Below are positions 22,770-33,119 of a stretch of DNA of 64,000 nt, one piece after another. Each line of letters starts with the position of its first letter. Within the stretch, counting starts at the first letter, position 1. The notes beneath the pieces are model-generated. The model searched no databases. It was not told the DNA's origin and saw nothing but the letters and a program-made list of their open reading frames with translations. A program made the translations under genes and the position numbers. Source of the DNA: a virus (lineage: Duplodnaviria; Caudoviricetes); the IMG/VR virus record IMGVR_UViG_3300021255_001778, positions 1-64,000 of that record. One strand, given 5' to 3'.

Positions 22770-23786
22770 ATGATTACAGGCGAGGAGGTGTTATTTGTGC
22801 CTGATTACAAGAATCAAGTTATTAAAAATATAGAAGTTATACTTGTCGAGAACGATAACTACTCTGCGGATTTGATGGATAAAATTGTATTGATGCTGAA
22901 CGACTATGATATCACTAAAACGTGTACTGACATAGTAGCGTACGACGATATCAATGAACGGATTTTGAATAGATATTGTGCATGTTTATATGTAGACGGT
23001 AAATCTGAAAAGACTATATATCAGTATAGAAGGTGCGTGGAGAAGTTTATCGGATACATTAAGAAGACCTTCATTGAAATCGATGTCTATGATATCAGAA
23101 TGTATCTCGCATCAGAAAAAGAACGTGGATTAGCCGATCGAACCACAGAGAATACAAGAGCTAATCTTTCCGCCTTCTTTCAGTGGATGACTGATGAGGA
23201 AATGATCAAGAAAAATCCATGCCTTAGTATCAGGCCGATAAAATGTAAGAAGGAAATAAAGCTTCCGTTCTCGAGCGTTGAACTTGATGCGTTGCGTAGC
23301 GCCTGTAGAAGCGATAAGGAACGTGCGATCATAGAGCTTCTGGTAACGTCAGGCATACGTGTGAACGAACTATCTAGAATGGATGTGACAGATATTAATT
23401 TTTCAGATATGTCAGTACACGTTCGGTTCGGTAAGGGTGCAAAAGAAAGGGTTACATTTATTAATGATGTAGCCAAAACATATATACAAAAATACATATC
23501 AAAAAGAAAAGATAGAAATATATCACTGTTCTGCAACAGAGCTGGAGATAGACTTGATACAGGCGGAGTCAGATACATAGTCAATAGCATCGGCGAAAGG
23601 GCTGGTATAGATAATGTCTATCCGCATAGATTTAGAAGGACATTCGCTACTACTCTTGCCGCTCGCGGAATGGCGATACAGGAAATTCAGAAGCTGCTCG
23701 GGCATAGCAATCTTAACACGACTATGGAATATGTTATCACAAGTGAGAGTATTCTGAGAGGATCCTATGATAAATTCATAGCTTAA
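22770..23786 (+). CDS. XerD-like tyrosine recombinase (catalytic residues intact)
   Basis: SGIRVNE, GKGAKER, HRFRR, LGH, TMEY; SAM-like N-terminal domain. Confidence 0.92.
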   Translation: MITGEEVLFVPDYKNQVIKNIEVILVENDNYSADLMDKIVLMLNDYDITKTCTDIVAYDDINERILNRYCACLYVDGKSEKTIYQYRRCVEKFIGYIKKTFIEIDVYDIRMYLASEKERGLADRTTENTRANLSAFFQWMTDEEMIKKNPCLSIRPIKCKKEIKLPFSSVELDALRSACRSDKERAIIELLVTSGIRVNELSRMDVTDINFSDMSVHVRFGKGAKERVTFINDVAKTYIQKYISKRKDRNISLFCNRAGDRLDTGGVRYIVNSIGERAGIDNVYPHRFRRTFATTLAARGMAIQEIQKLLGHSNLNTTMEYVITSESILRGSYDKFIA

Positions 23787-23790
23787 TATA

Positions 23791-23994
23791 ATGGGGGTGA
23801 CAGACGTGATGATTGCTGGCTCGGTGATGAATCAGATAGACTGGAAAGATTATTGCTATAAGAATGGTTTGGATGAACGAAAATGTAAGGATTGTTTTTG
23901 GTATTCTGATGTCACTGTAAAATGTTGCGAACGTGATGGATCGTATCCGTGCGATCAGCTGAGTCCTGCTTGTTCTGAGTTTTTAAATAAGTAA
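23791..23994 (+). CDS. Small Cys-rich hypothetical protein
   Basis: CKDC...CC...C...C pattern. Confidence 0.55.
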   Translation: MGVTDVMIAGSVMNQIDWKDYCYKNGLDERKCKDCFWYSDVTVKCCERDGSYPCDQLSPACSEFLNK

Positions 23995-24057
23995 GGACAT
24001 TTATGTCCTAACAAAAATGATTGACTGCCGGAGGGTTACTGCTCTCCGGCTTTTTGA

Positions 24058-24363
24058 ATGGAGGAAATGAGAATGGATATTATTGAGATTATTACAGAGA
24101 TTGGTGTTGTTGTCGGTATCGTAGCTCTGTGCTACATCATTGGAATTGGTCTGAAGGCGTGGAACAAATTCACTGATAATTGGATCCCGTTCATGATGGC
24201 TGTTTCTGGTGCTGTGATTGGCGTGATTAGTTACTTTGTCGAGCCGACTTTGCTCGGTGAGGTCGGAGGAATTATGTCTGCGATTATTAAAGGCGCAGTG
24301 TCCGGTCTGGCAGCGACAGGAATCAACCAGGTTGTTAAACAGGCACAGAAACCTGCTGAATAA
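24058..24363 (+). CDS. Holin
   Basis: Three hydrophobic helices; NWIP and GLAATGINQ motifs; upstream of the endolysin. Confidence 0.85.
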   Translation: MEEMRMDIIEIITEIGVVVGIVALCYIIGIGLKAWNKFTDNWIPFMMAVSGAVIGVISYFVEPTLLGEVGGIMSAIIKGAVSGLAATGINQVVKQAQKPAE

Positions 24364-24391
24364 AATTCTACTTTTATAAATCAGAAATGAG

Positions 24392-24706
24392 GTGATTTTA
24401 GTGACGCGTGGGACTACTCCTACACATACATTCACCACAGATATAGATTTATCCGAAGCTACAGCTATTTATGTTACCTATCAGCAGGAAGGTGAGAACC
24501 TTGTTGAGAAGACACTCGAGGATGTTACGTTCATCGACGGTGGGTTTCAGGTGACACTGACTCAGGATGATACTCTCCTCTTCTCTTCGGATAAAACAAA
24601 GAAAGTGTATATTCAGGTCAGAGCCGTTCTTTCTGATGAAACAAGAATTGCATCGAATATCATCAGAACAGATATACATGCGATTCTGAAAGACGGTGCG
24701 ATATGA
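24392..24706 (+). CDS. BppU-N-like small protein
   Basis: RGTTPTHTF...LTQDDTLLF...IQVRA pattern. Confidence 0.55.
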   Translation: MILVTRGTTPTHTFTTDIDLSEATAIYVTYQQEGENLVEKTLEDVTFIDGGFQVTLTQDDTLLFSSDKTKKVYIQVRAVLSDETRIASNIIRTDIHAILKDGAI

Positions 24707-24867
24707 TCTTTCGAATTGAATTTGATCAGGACTCTGACTTCAAGCTATCGATGGAGGACACGGACGTCATGCCAATGACGTTTCAAGAGAACAATGAGTT
24801 CGACATCAAGATAGCTGATTATGAACCACAGACAACTGCCGAGGCTTAATGCCTCGGCTTTATTTAA

Positions 24868-26679
24868 TTGGAGGTGAGTCCGTTGGCAAATAAAAATGTA
24901 ACTGCTCTTGACGCTATTAATGTCATGAGATCGTGGATTGGTTTGAGCCGAGCCGCACAGACGCACAGAGTGATTATAGATATCTATAACAGTCATACTC
25001 CTCTCGCAGTTGGTTACAAGGTCTCGTACTACGACGATTACTGCGACACAACGGTATCTGCTGTCTTTATTAAGCTTGATGCTGTAGAGATGATTGGCGG
25101 AACTGAATGTGGAGTCGAGCGACATGTTCAGATTTTTAAACAGGCTGGTATATGGGAGGAAGACGGATCTGTAAGACCTGAGCCAGGATGGATTATTGTC
25201 TACAATTGGGACGATAACACACAGCCTAATGATGGGTATTCTGACCACATCGGTTTCGTAGAGTCTGTTTCCAATAATGTAATCACTCTTATCGAAGGGA
25301 ATATGGACGGTGGCGTTGTTGGTCGTAGACAGATCCCTATTGGATATGGATATATTCGTGGTTTTGCTAAGCCGAAGTATGCAGCTTCTGCTAGTGAACA
25401 GACTATCTCATCTTCTTCTACTCCGAAGAAATCTATAGAGGAAATTGCCAATGAGGTTATGGATGGTAAGTGGAGCAACGGCGATACTCGTAAGTCTCTT
25501 CTTGCTGCTGCCGGATATGATTACAACGCTGTTCAGGCGAAAGTAAATGAACTGTTAAACGGTACGTCTAGCTCGCCGAGTCAATCTACAAGCAATACTA
25601 CAACTGTAAAAGGAAGTGATGGCATGACAAAGACTGTTATTGACGTGTCTTATGCTCAGCCGAACGTTGATTGGAATAAAGTTAAATCTCAGATTGATGG
25701 CGCGATTCTTAGATGTGGATATGGTTCTGACATTTCTTCTCAGGATGACAAACAGTGGGCTAGAAATATCGCAGAGGTAGAACGTCTGGGCATTCCGTAT
25801 GGCGTGTACCTGTATTCATATGCAAGTAATTCTTCTGAGATTCAGAGCGAAATCAACCATACCCTGAGATTGATTAAAGGACACAAACCGAAGCTCGGAG
25901 TTTTCTACGATCTTGAAGAAGCTGGAAATGGTGCTGTTGCTGCACAGGCCGCAAAGACATGGTGCAAGCAGATTAAAAATGCTGGGTATCGTCCCGGCAT
26001 TTATTGTGGCGCTTATTTCTATAAAGCGTATTTGAATGGCGTACACAACGCAGTAGATGCTCTCTGGTGGATTGCTGGATACGGCACGAACACTGGTGTG
26101 CCTCAGCTCAATTATAAGCCGAATACAGGCTTTGAATACGATGCATGGCAATATACCAGCGTTAAGACTTATGACGGCATTAATGGAGGTGTAGACACCT
26201 CAGAATGGTATGCTAGCTTCGATGATGACGTTAAGCCTGCAACCGATACGAATATCTATTATCGTGTGCACTGTCAGACACACGGATGGATGAACGCTGT
26301 ATCTAACGGTGAATGGGCTGGCACAAGCGGCGAATCAAAACGTCTTGAAGCCTTAAAGATCACTCCGCCTGAAGGAGTGGAGCTTGAGGTCACTGTTCAC
26401 ATTCAGACATATGGTGACAGAACATACAAAGGAATAAAGAAAGGTGTGTCGTCTGGACTTGGTTCTTCTACGAACGATCCGATCATCGGTACGACTGGCG
26501 AAAGCAAACGTATTGAAGGCATCACGATTAAGTGTACGAAGAACACGACAGGAAAACACATCAAATATCAAGGACACTGCCAGACCTATGGAGATACAAA
26601 AATCTGTTCTGATGGCGAGTTCTGCGGAACGAAAGGTGAGTCTAAGAGATTAGAGGCTATTAGGATTTGGTTTGAGTAA
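24868..26679 (+). CDS. Endolysin: CHAP + CW_7 + GH25 muramidase + ChW repeats
   Basis: YCDTTVS/DHIGFVE/IEGN (CHAP); KKSIEEIANEV...GYDYNAVQ (CW_7); IDVSYAQ...YDLEE (GH25); YRVHCQTHGW...KRLEAL (ChW). Confidence 0.9.
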   Translation: MEVSPLANKNVTALDAINVMRSWIGLSRAAQTHRVIIDIYNSHTPLAVGYKVSYYDDYCDTTVSAVFIKLDAVEMIGGTECGVERHVQIFKQAGIWEEDGSVRPEPGWIIVYNWDDNTQPNDGYSDHIGFVESVSNNVITLIEGNMDGGVVGRRQIPIGYGYIRGFAKPKYAASASEQTISSSSTPKKSIEEIANEVMDGKWSNGDTRKSLLAAAGYDYNAVQAKVNELLNGTSSSPSQSTSNTTTVKGSDGMTKTVIDVSYAQPNVDWNKVKSQIDGAILRCGYGSDISSQDDKQWARNIAEVERLGIPYGVYLYSYASNSSEIQSEINHTLRLIKGHKPKLGVFYDLEEAGNGAVAAQAAKTWCKQIKNAGYRPGIYCGAYFYKAYLNGVHNAVDALWWIAGYGTNTGVPQLNYKPNTGFEYDAWQYTSVKTYDGINGGVDTSEWYASFDDDVKPATDTNIYYRVHCQTHGWMNAVSNGEWAGTSGESKRLEALKITPPEGVELEVTVHIQTYGDRTYKGIKKGVSSGLGSSTNDPIIGTTGESKRIEGITIKCTKNTTGKHIKYQGHCQTYGDTKICSDGEFCGTKGESKRLEAIRIWFE

Positions 26680-26694
26680 GACATTGTCTGGAAA

Positions 26695-27156
26695 GTGAGG
26701 TTAAGTCCGATGGGACATATAGATTGGAATGCTGTGTTAATCGCAGCCATAGCTTTTCTTGGCTCGGCTGGTATATGGAATTATATAGATCACAGACAGC
26801 AAAGACTAGATGACAAAGAAAAGGATAACAGTGAGGTTCTTAAAGAACTGAAATGTATTCGAGAGGAAATTGCTGAGATAAAAGGTGGAATGGCTGAAAA
26901 TGAAGCGAAGTTGAGACGTGTTCGTATTCTTCGATTTGCGGACGAAATCTTTATGAATATCCGGCATACGAAAGATAGTTTTGATCAAGTCTTGTCGGAC
27001 ATAACTGATTACGAATCATATTGTGATTCACACCCTGATTTTAAGAACAACCAAACAGGTGAAACTGTAAAGTATATTAAAAGGGTGTACGCTAAGCGAA
27101 TGGAAAAGAAAGACTTTGCTCAATACGAGCCAAAAGATCTTGACACAACAGATTAA
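26695..27156 (+). CDS. Membrane-anchored coiled-coil protein (lysis-module associated)
   Basis: N-terminal TM segment followed by a coiled coil. Confidence 0.65.
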   Translation: MRLSPMGHIDWNAVLIAAIAFLGSAGIWNYIDHRQQRLDDKEKDNSEVLKELKCIREEIAEIKGGMAENEAKLRRVRILRFADEIFMNIRHTKDSFDQVLSDITDYESYCDSHPDFKNNQTGETVKYIKRVYAKRMEKKDFAQYEPKDLDTTD

Positions 27157-27166
27157 AATATTAGTT

Positions 27167-27197
27167 AGACCGTGCCTTTGGGTGCGGTCTTTTTTTT
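27167..27197 (+). terminator. Intrinsic terminator of the late operon
   Basis: AGACCGTGCC-TTTG-GGTGCGGTCT + T7. Confidence 0.9.
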
Positions 27198-27219
27198 ACG
27201 CGATCTGCTCCAGCAAGTA

Positions 27220-27412
27220 TTGATGACATGTTTGATGACAGTCGGTTTGATGACACCGTAGAATCATTGATATTACTGCGTTTGCGGGATTCGTGTTTAC
27301 CGTTCAAATCCCCCTCTCGCTACTTACTCCCATCGCGGAAGCCTTTATTTTTAAGGGTTTCCGCGTTCCTTTTTTCAAGCGACAGGGCTGAAATTGATGA
27401 CACTTGATGACA
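27220..27412. mobile_element. attP-like region: five TTGATGACA arm-type repeats flanking a tRNA T-loop-like core
   Basis: TTGATGACA at 27220, 27232, 27247, 27394, 27404; GTTCAAATCCCCTCTCGCTA at 27302-27321; adjacent to the integrase 3' end. Confidence 0.7.
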
Positions 27413-28664
27413 CCTGAGACAGCGCTATTATCTTCTCTTTCGTTTCACTGATGTCGTAGTTATAGCACATCTCATTAGTAGTCTCTAAATGTCCGAGCAT
27501 GTTAGCAACAGCTCTTACAGGTAGGACTGTCCTCAGTAAAGAGGAAACAGTCCTACGTATCCCATGGATAGAAGTCTTTTGTATACCAGCATCTGATGCT
27601 CTTCTTGCTGTCGCGCAACTTATATCATGTCCGGTATATCTACTCCCATCCTTTCTAGCAAAAATGAAACCGTTCTCATCATATGTGTCTAGTACTTTTA
27701 GTCTGTCAAGAAGTAGTTTAATCTCAGCTGTCATTGGGATTTTTCTGTGTTTGTGGCTTTTCGGTTCGCCGATAACGAGTTCGCATGACTTATCTTTGTA
27801 ATCAAGTCGATGCTCTGAGAAGTCCACATTTATATACTCGTCTGTGATACTATCCCACCTCAGTACTGCGATCTCACCAACACGCATCCCAGTAAGTATC
27901 GCCAACTCTATAGCATAGTCAGGCATATAATTAGGATGTTTTTCTTCATGTGCGACTACAGCATCTCTTAGCTTGTGAAGCTCTTCTATAGTAAGAACAC
28001 GATCCGCATCTTCTTTCGGTTCTGCGTAGCTACACATTGATAACAGTAATCTCACATCAAGCATGTCGGCTGGGCTATCTTGTAGCAGCCCGGATCTTAT
28101 TGCGTAACTGAACATTTGTCGTATATATCCGATAAGGTTATTCGCACATCTCTCTTTCATTGTATTTACCTTAATCAGATTTACGATTTCTGTCTCCAGT
28201 ATCACCGGAGTGATGGTCTTTATCGGAGCGCTTGCAAATTTGCATTTAGATAGATACTTATCATAGTCTCTTTCGAAACGACGTATGGTTGACGGCGACA
28301 ACCCTTTGTTCTTGTTTACAGCTCCGACAAACTTGCGTTTGTAATCGAGCCATTTATTGAACAGATCGGCGAACGTCATCTCACATCCATCAAGCATATA
28401 GAACTCCAATAAATAATGACGCATCTCATCTTCGTTTTTCTTGCGAACCTGCCTCCTTCCGTTTGGTTTGGTAATGTCTGGTACATATGATATACAACGT
28501 CCATCTTTACCAACCGTAATAGAGTATCGGTGAACTTGTTCTAGTATCATTTTCATCATGGTCTCCTTATCTGATCCCACGATGTCATCAAACGATATTA
28601 TACCATTTGCTATGTAATATTTGAACAGCGTTTCTTCCGATACCCTATCACGTCTTACGCTCAT
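27375..28664 (-). CDS. int: Tyrosine integrase
   Basis: TGMRVGE, HGIRR, LGH and C-terminal Tyr; 429 aa; next to attP-like repeats. Confidence 0.92.
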   Translation of the reverse strand: MSVRRDRVSEETLFKYYIANGIISFDDIVGSDKETMMKMILEQVHRYSITVGKDGRCISYVPDITKPNGRRQVRKKNEDEMRHYLLEFYMLDGCEMTFADLFNKWLDYKRKFVGAVNKNKGLSPSTIRRFERDYDKYLSKCKFASAPIKTITPVILETEIVNLIKVNTMKERCANNLIGYIRQMFSYAIRSGLLQDSPADMLDVRLLLSMCSYAEPKEDADRVLTIEELHKLRDAVVAHEEKHPNYMPDYAIELAILTGMRVGEIAVLRWDSITDEYINVDFSEHRLDYKDKSCELVIGEPKSHKHRKIPMTAEIKLLLDRLKVLDTYDENGFIFARKDGSRYTGHDISCATARRASDAGIQKTSIHGIRRTVSSLLRTVLPVRAVANMLGHLETTNEMCYNYDISETKEKIIALSQVSSSVINFSPVA

Positions 28665-28837
28665 ACCTTTGCGTATGTGCAGAATATATCGTCGAAGTAG
28701 TAAATAGTAAACGTCCTATTGCAATCCAGACATTTTCTCTGACATTCTTCTCGTTCGCTAAGAACTTCCATTTCTCTCTTGCTTACGCGGCCTTTTGTCC
28801 CACAATAAGGACATTGTATTACTCGAGAATCATCCAT
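28661..28837 (-). CDS. 58-aa Zn-ribbon protein (possible directionality factor)
   Basis: Own translation: MDDSRVIQCPYCG...CLDC...; stop overlaps the integrase ATG. Confidence 0.6.
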   Translation of the reverse strand: MDDSRVIQCPYCGTKGRVSKREMEVLSEREECQRKCLDCNRTFTIYYFDDIFCTYAKV

Positions 28838-28838
28838 A

Positions 28839-29561
28839 TTAACTTCCCCTCTTTTGGTTATCGTCCCATGTTAGTCCTTCCGGCCACGGTTTATCAGCCC
28901 ATCTTTTTACGATATCCATTTCTGTCCAATCACCATGTCCCGCAAAATGAATTACTTTAGGATTATCACCATGCGCAGTCCAATCATTTGCGTTATAATT
29001 GCCATCCATTTCTAGTATTCTACCCTGGCAAAGATAATTATTAACGTCTTGTTCCACCCATGTATACTTTCGCAGATTCAATACGTTTATGATTTCTTGA
29101 GCCTTTCCATCTCTTAATTTGTCGAGGTTGTACATTGCAACTCCTGTATTGCAATAGAGTAACCCATAATAGCATCTATGACTTTCAGGCGCTGCTGCGA
29201 AGTAATAATCGTCAAGGTTCAATTGCCACAATTCAGATATATCGTCATTAATGATTACATCTGAATCCATGACAAGAACTCTATCTATATCTTGTGGCAA
29301 TACGTAACACATAGCAATACGCATCATTGCCATGTATGTAAACTGAGAGTTCATATTAGGTCCGTTAGGATAGAAAAATTTTTGATCTGATACATTTATT
29401 GTCCGCACCTCGTTCGGTAACGGATATGGGAAAACATCATCTTCAATAAGAAAGAAGACTGTTACGTCGTCTACATGTGAGAGCAAACTCTTTACAGACG
29501 GAAGCATATCTTTATACATATTTCTTGTTCCTGTATATGCTGCATATTTCATGACCAACAC
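28839..29561 (-). CDS. Glycosyltransferase family 8-like
   Basis: VMDSD (DxD), CNTGV, EQDV, IHFAG motifs. Confidence 0.88.
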   Translation of the reverse strand: MLVMKYAAYTGTRNMYKDMLPSVKSLLSHVDDVTVFFLIEDDVFPYPLPNEVRTINVSDQKFFYPNGPNMNSQFTYMAMMRIAMCYVLPQDIDRVLVMDSDVIINDDISELWQLNLDDYYFAAAPESHRCYYGLLYCNTGVAMYNLDKLRDGKAQEIINVLNLRKYTWVEQDVNNYLCQGRILEMDGNYNANDWTAHGDNPKVIHFAGHGDWTEMDIVKRWADKPWPEGLTWDDNQKRGS

Positions 29562-30180
29562 CTCGTTATAGATCTCTTTGTGACTATATTTTTATTTTCT
29601 CCACGAGAACATGACTCGTATGGAAACCAGAATGTATCATTTATTGGACAGTATCCAATACGTTCATCCATATCATCTGTCCATTCAGTATCATAGTTCT
29701 CACAATCTTGACACATAACAATGTCAACTACATATTCATCCGGAATATCATTAATGTCTGTTATAAGCATATCTTCTCCGAACAAATCATTATTTTCTTT
29801 CCAGACTTCAAACAACGGATCATTTAGAATATCGGCTTTTATGTACTTCATCTTAGATCATCCTCTGGCAAGCATTTTTCAAGCATGTCATTAAATTTAT
29901 CTGTAATCCTTCTAATGGTATCTACAGCCTCTTGCAGCGTAAATGAGCCACTCTGTAATTCATCGTGAACTAACTTCTGCATACACGCTCTAATAGCGCT
30001 GTGTAAGCTCATATAGTATCCTAGATACTTTAATACTGGCCTCTCTTCCGTCGTTCCGTCTTTCTTCTGTATCTGTTGAGTCTTGCCAGTATCATATACG
30101 AGGGCATAATTATAATCATCTACGCCCACTTTATATCCATCAATTAAATCAATCATCTTTCTGCTCCGTGTATGTATCAA
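29549..30180 (-). CDS. Two small hypothetical proteins (29549-29851, 29848-30180)
   Basis: Coupled ORFs from the track. Confidence 0.6.
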
Positions 30181-30454
30181 GTAAAAAGTTTCTAATTGCG
30201 TGCCACCTGTTTGCGTAGTCCATAGTATTCATATATGGATCTAATTCAGGCCAAAACTGTTGCACGAGCCAGTCTGTAAAATCATCTACATCCATCTTCT
30301 GAATGTGTTCTAAGTTAGTCATTGTTCTACGAATCCCTCCATATAGAGTACTGTTTAACTATTAACGCGCAGATGGCTTCATCCAAAGCATCATATCTTG
30401 GGTCACATTTTATATAGTCGTCCCTTATGCCTTTTAATGTTCTAATGATGCTTC

Positions 30455-30814
30455 CTATACGTTCGAACTCGGAAGATTCAGCTTGCCTATTCCCCATAAA
30501 ACGTCATCTCCTTCTGCTTCATAGACGATATATTTGTTGTGCTTAACAGCGTAGTCACGTTCTTCGTTAGCGCCTTCGCTATACTCCCATCCTCGCAACA
30601 TATATATCGCATCACAGTATTTCAGCATGTCTATCGACAAGTCCATGTAACATCCGCGAGGAGTGTCATTAGGTAGTTCTGCCATGACCTTTGCAGGATT
30701 GACTACTATAAATCCATTTTCTTTTAGCACTGTCTCGGCTCTACCAAATTTTTCCAAGTAGTCATCAACACCCGTTATCTTACCTGATATATATATCTTC
30801 ATTTCACCGTCCAT
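30455..30814 (-). CDS. DUF4406-like (nucleoside deoxyribosyltransferase-fold) protein
   Basis: KIYISGKITG...VVNPA...CDAIYML-x-GW-x-x-S-x-GA-x-x-E. Confidence 0.8.
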   Translation of the reverse strand: MDGEMKIYISGKITGVDDYLEKFGRAETVLKENGFIVVNPAKVMAELPNDTPRGCYMDLSIDMLKYCDAIYMLRGWEYSEGANEERDYAVKHNKYIVYEAEGDDVLWGIGKLNLPSSNV

Positions 30815-30827
30815 ATCTTTAAATTAG

Positions 30828-31193
30828 TTAGTAGTTGATCACATGTACATTTGCTCCTTGCTTTTGGGCTGTTTGAATCATGTTCATTGTACCCTTGCTT
30901 TTACCGTCCCAAAAAGCGATAACTGTAGCATTTCCGGCAGTAGCGTATTCTAACATTTGTCTATTGCGAATTGGTCCGGCTGCACGCCCATACTTGTCCC
31001 ACTCAGCAGGGAATCTTTTTACTGATATTTTTCTTGCGAGCGCGTACTCTTCTCCGTATGTATCAGCACCACGACAACCACCGGATATTATTTCTACAGA
31101 TTGCATTCCACTCAAAACTGAATCAAGTGTTTTTTGGAGCAATGACTTGTCGTTGAAATCTCTTGTACCGCAAACAATAATTCTATTTTGCAT
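30828..31193 (-). CDS. YspA/DUF2493 SLOG-family protein
   Basis: IIVCGTRDF, IISGGCRGAD, AAGPIRN motifs. Confidence 0.85.
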   Translation of the reverse strand: MQNRIIVCGTRDFNDKSLLQKTLDSVLSGMQSVEIISGGCRGADTYGEEYALARKISVKRFPAEWDKYGRAAGPIRNRQMLEYATAGNATVIAFWDGKSKGTMNMIQTAQKQGANVHVINY

Positions 31194-31204
31194 TTCTGAT
31201 CCTT

Positions 31205-33104
31205 TTATAAATCCATAGGGTCACACCTATCACATGGCGGATCTCCTTCGTATATCCATGTACAATGAGAACAACAGAATTGCGCATCCCATCCGTCACA
31301 ATCTCTATTACAGTCGAAGCACGGATCATCATCTCCGTACCAAGAATAATCATCATTCGACTCTTGGTATGTATGTTCTTTTGTCATGATATTCTTCCAC
31401 CTTCCTTACTTTACCAAGTAATTGCGTGAGCTTATCCATCGTCTTCTTTGCAATTGGATCATTGATTAATTCAATGATCGGTTCAAGCTCTTCGACGGCG
31501 TCTTTGTTCTCTCTACGAGTCATCCTACTCGCTTTAAGCTTTGTACAGATCTTGCTGCGTTCTTTGGCTTGCGGTTCAAATTCGATTGCATGAAGCAAAT
31601 CTTGTGTTCGTTTATCTTCTATGCCGACAGCTTCATACGCAGAGTTATATTCAGTTTGGCACTCCCTGAGAAAATCAAGGAATGCCTTTATATTTTCTGA
31701 ACGTTTTTCGTACATTTACGTATCACCACCAGTATCAGTACCATACAGGAGGCGTTTCATCTCAGACATATAATCATCACAATGCTTTTTTAAATCATCG
31801 TATCTGTGAGATGGCTTACTTAGTTCTCCGTCCGGGCATGTTTCTGTTCCTTTGAACAATGCGTATGAATGTGGGAACTCCTTCTCCCTGATATTGGATG
31901 GGTGTCTCATACACTCTTCGTTATCACACTCGGACGCACAAAACGTTATATCATCACTAAAGAGACTGTACATTTAACCCTCCGTTTCTAATACTACAAT
32001 GCGAGAATCATCCAATTCTTTTACACCATACTCATACATATCTATCGCATTTCTAATCAACCACGTTTCATATTCTTCTGACGTGTAGTCTGGATATGCA
32101 TAATATGCGTAGTCCTTGCAAGAATGCGCTTCGTATTCTTCTCCAAATTCATCAGTCTTCGGTTTTGGCGGTCCGAAAGTTAATTCATTCTGCATTCTCT
32201 GTGCGTACACTTCGAGTGGGATGTAATCATAAAACAGGTCGAATATATCTCCGCCACGTTCATATGCAATAATGTCATCTATAAGAAAGTATCCCTTTCG
32301 AATATAGCTTCCACTCGGAAGACTACCGAGGTAAGCAAACCGAACGTCGCCAATACATACCTTCCCTGAATAATCATCATATCGAAACTCTTCTTCGAGC
32401 GCGACTGAATACTTTTCTTTCGGGATTAGATAAAATCGTTCATGAAGATCTGACGCAAATGATCTTGATCTTGAAAGGACATTATGCATCGTTCCGTTCA
32501 TATCGTACGGTCCGAGCGGATAAAATAATCCATCATCATTTCTTTGATATCCAAGAAAATAATTATAGTAGTAACTCATAACTAATACTCTCCATTAATC
32601 GTGATACATCTTATACAGTACCGCTGCTACGATAAGCACTATGCCAACGATTCCGACTTCAATCCACATTGGAATCAATACTTTTACCCATGACCAGTTA
32701 ATTACTCCGACCAGTTTCAACACAATAAATGCTACCTGTAAAAGTCCAAGAATACCTATGCCACCATACGTTGCGCTACCAGTTCCGTTATTCTTCATAA
32801 TTCATTACCTTCCTTATGTTACTTTTCTTGTTGTTGATTCTTCGATGACGACTTCTGAGTTATATAATCTATATGTGACTTCTCCTTTTTTAATGATTAT
32901 TACGCTTGTGTGTGTTTTGAAGTCTGTCGCTGCAGCCTGTACAGAATCAACATCATTAAATACTTCTACAGTTCCGTCTCGATGATATACAGTCACTTTC
33001 TTTGGAGGCGCAGCGTTAACTACGCCCCCAGCACCGAGAATTATTACTGTCGTAACTATCGCTAATATTATTGTAATCAGTAGCGACTTCTGTTCTTTTG
33101 ACAT
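31205..33104 (-). CDS. Cluster of six small hypothetical proteins incl. a two-TM protein (32595-32798)
   Basis: Tightly packed track ORFs: 31205-31387, 31353-31715, 31716-31973, 31974-32579, 32595-32798, 32814-33104. Confidence 0.6.
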
Positions 33105-33119
33105 ACATTCTCCTATGTA

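Noticed and set aside
13212-23786. Diversity-generating retroelement or invertible shufflon for tail fibres
   Set aside because: No reverse transcriptase, no TR/VR pair with adenine-specific differences, and no inverted silent cassettes seen; the sites found are direct repeats
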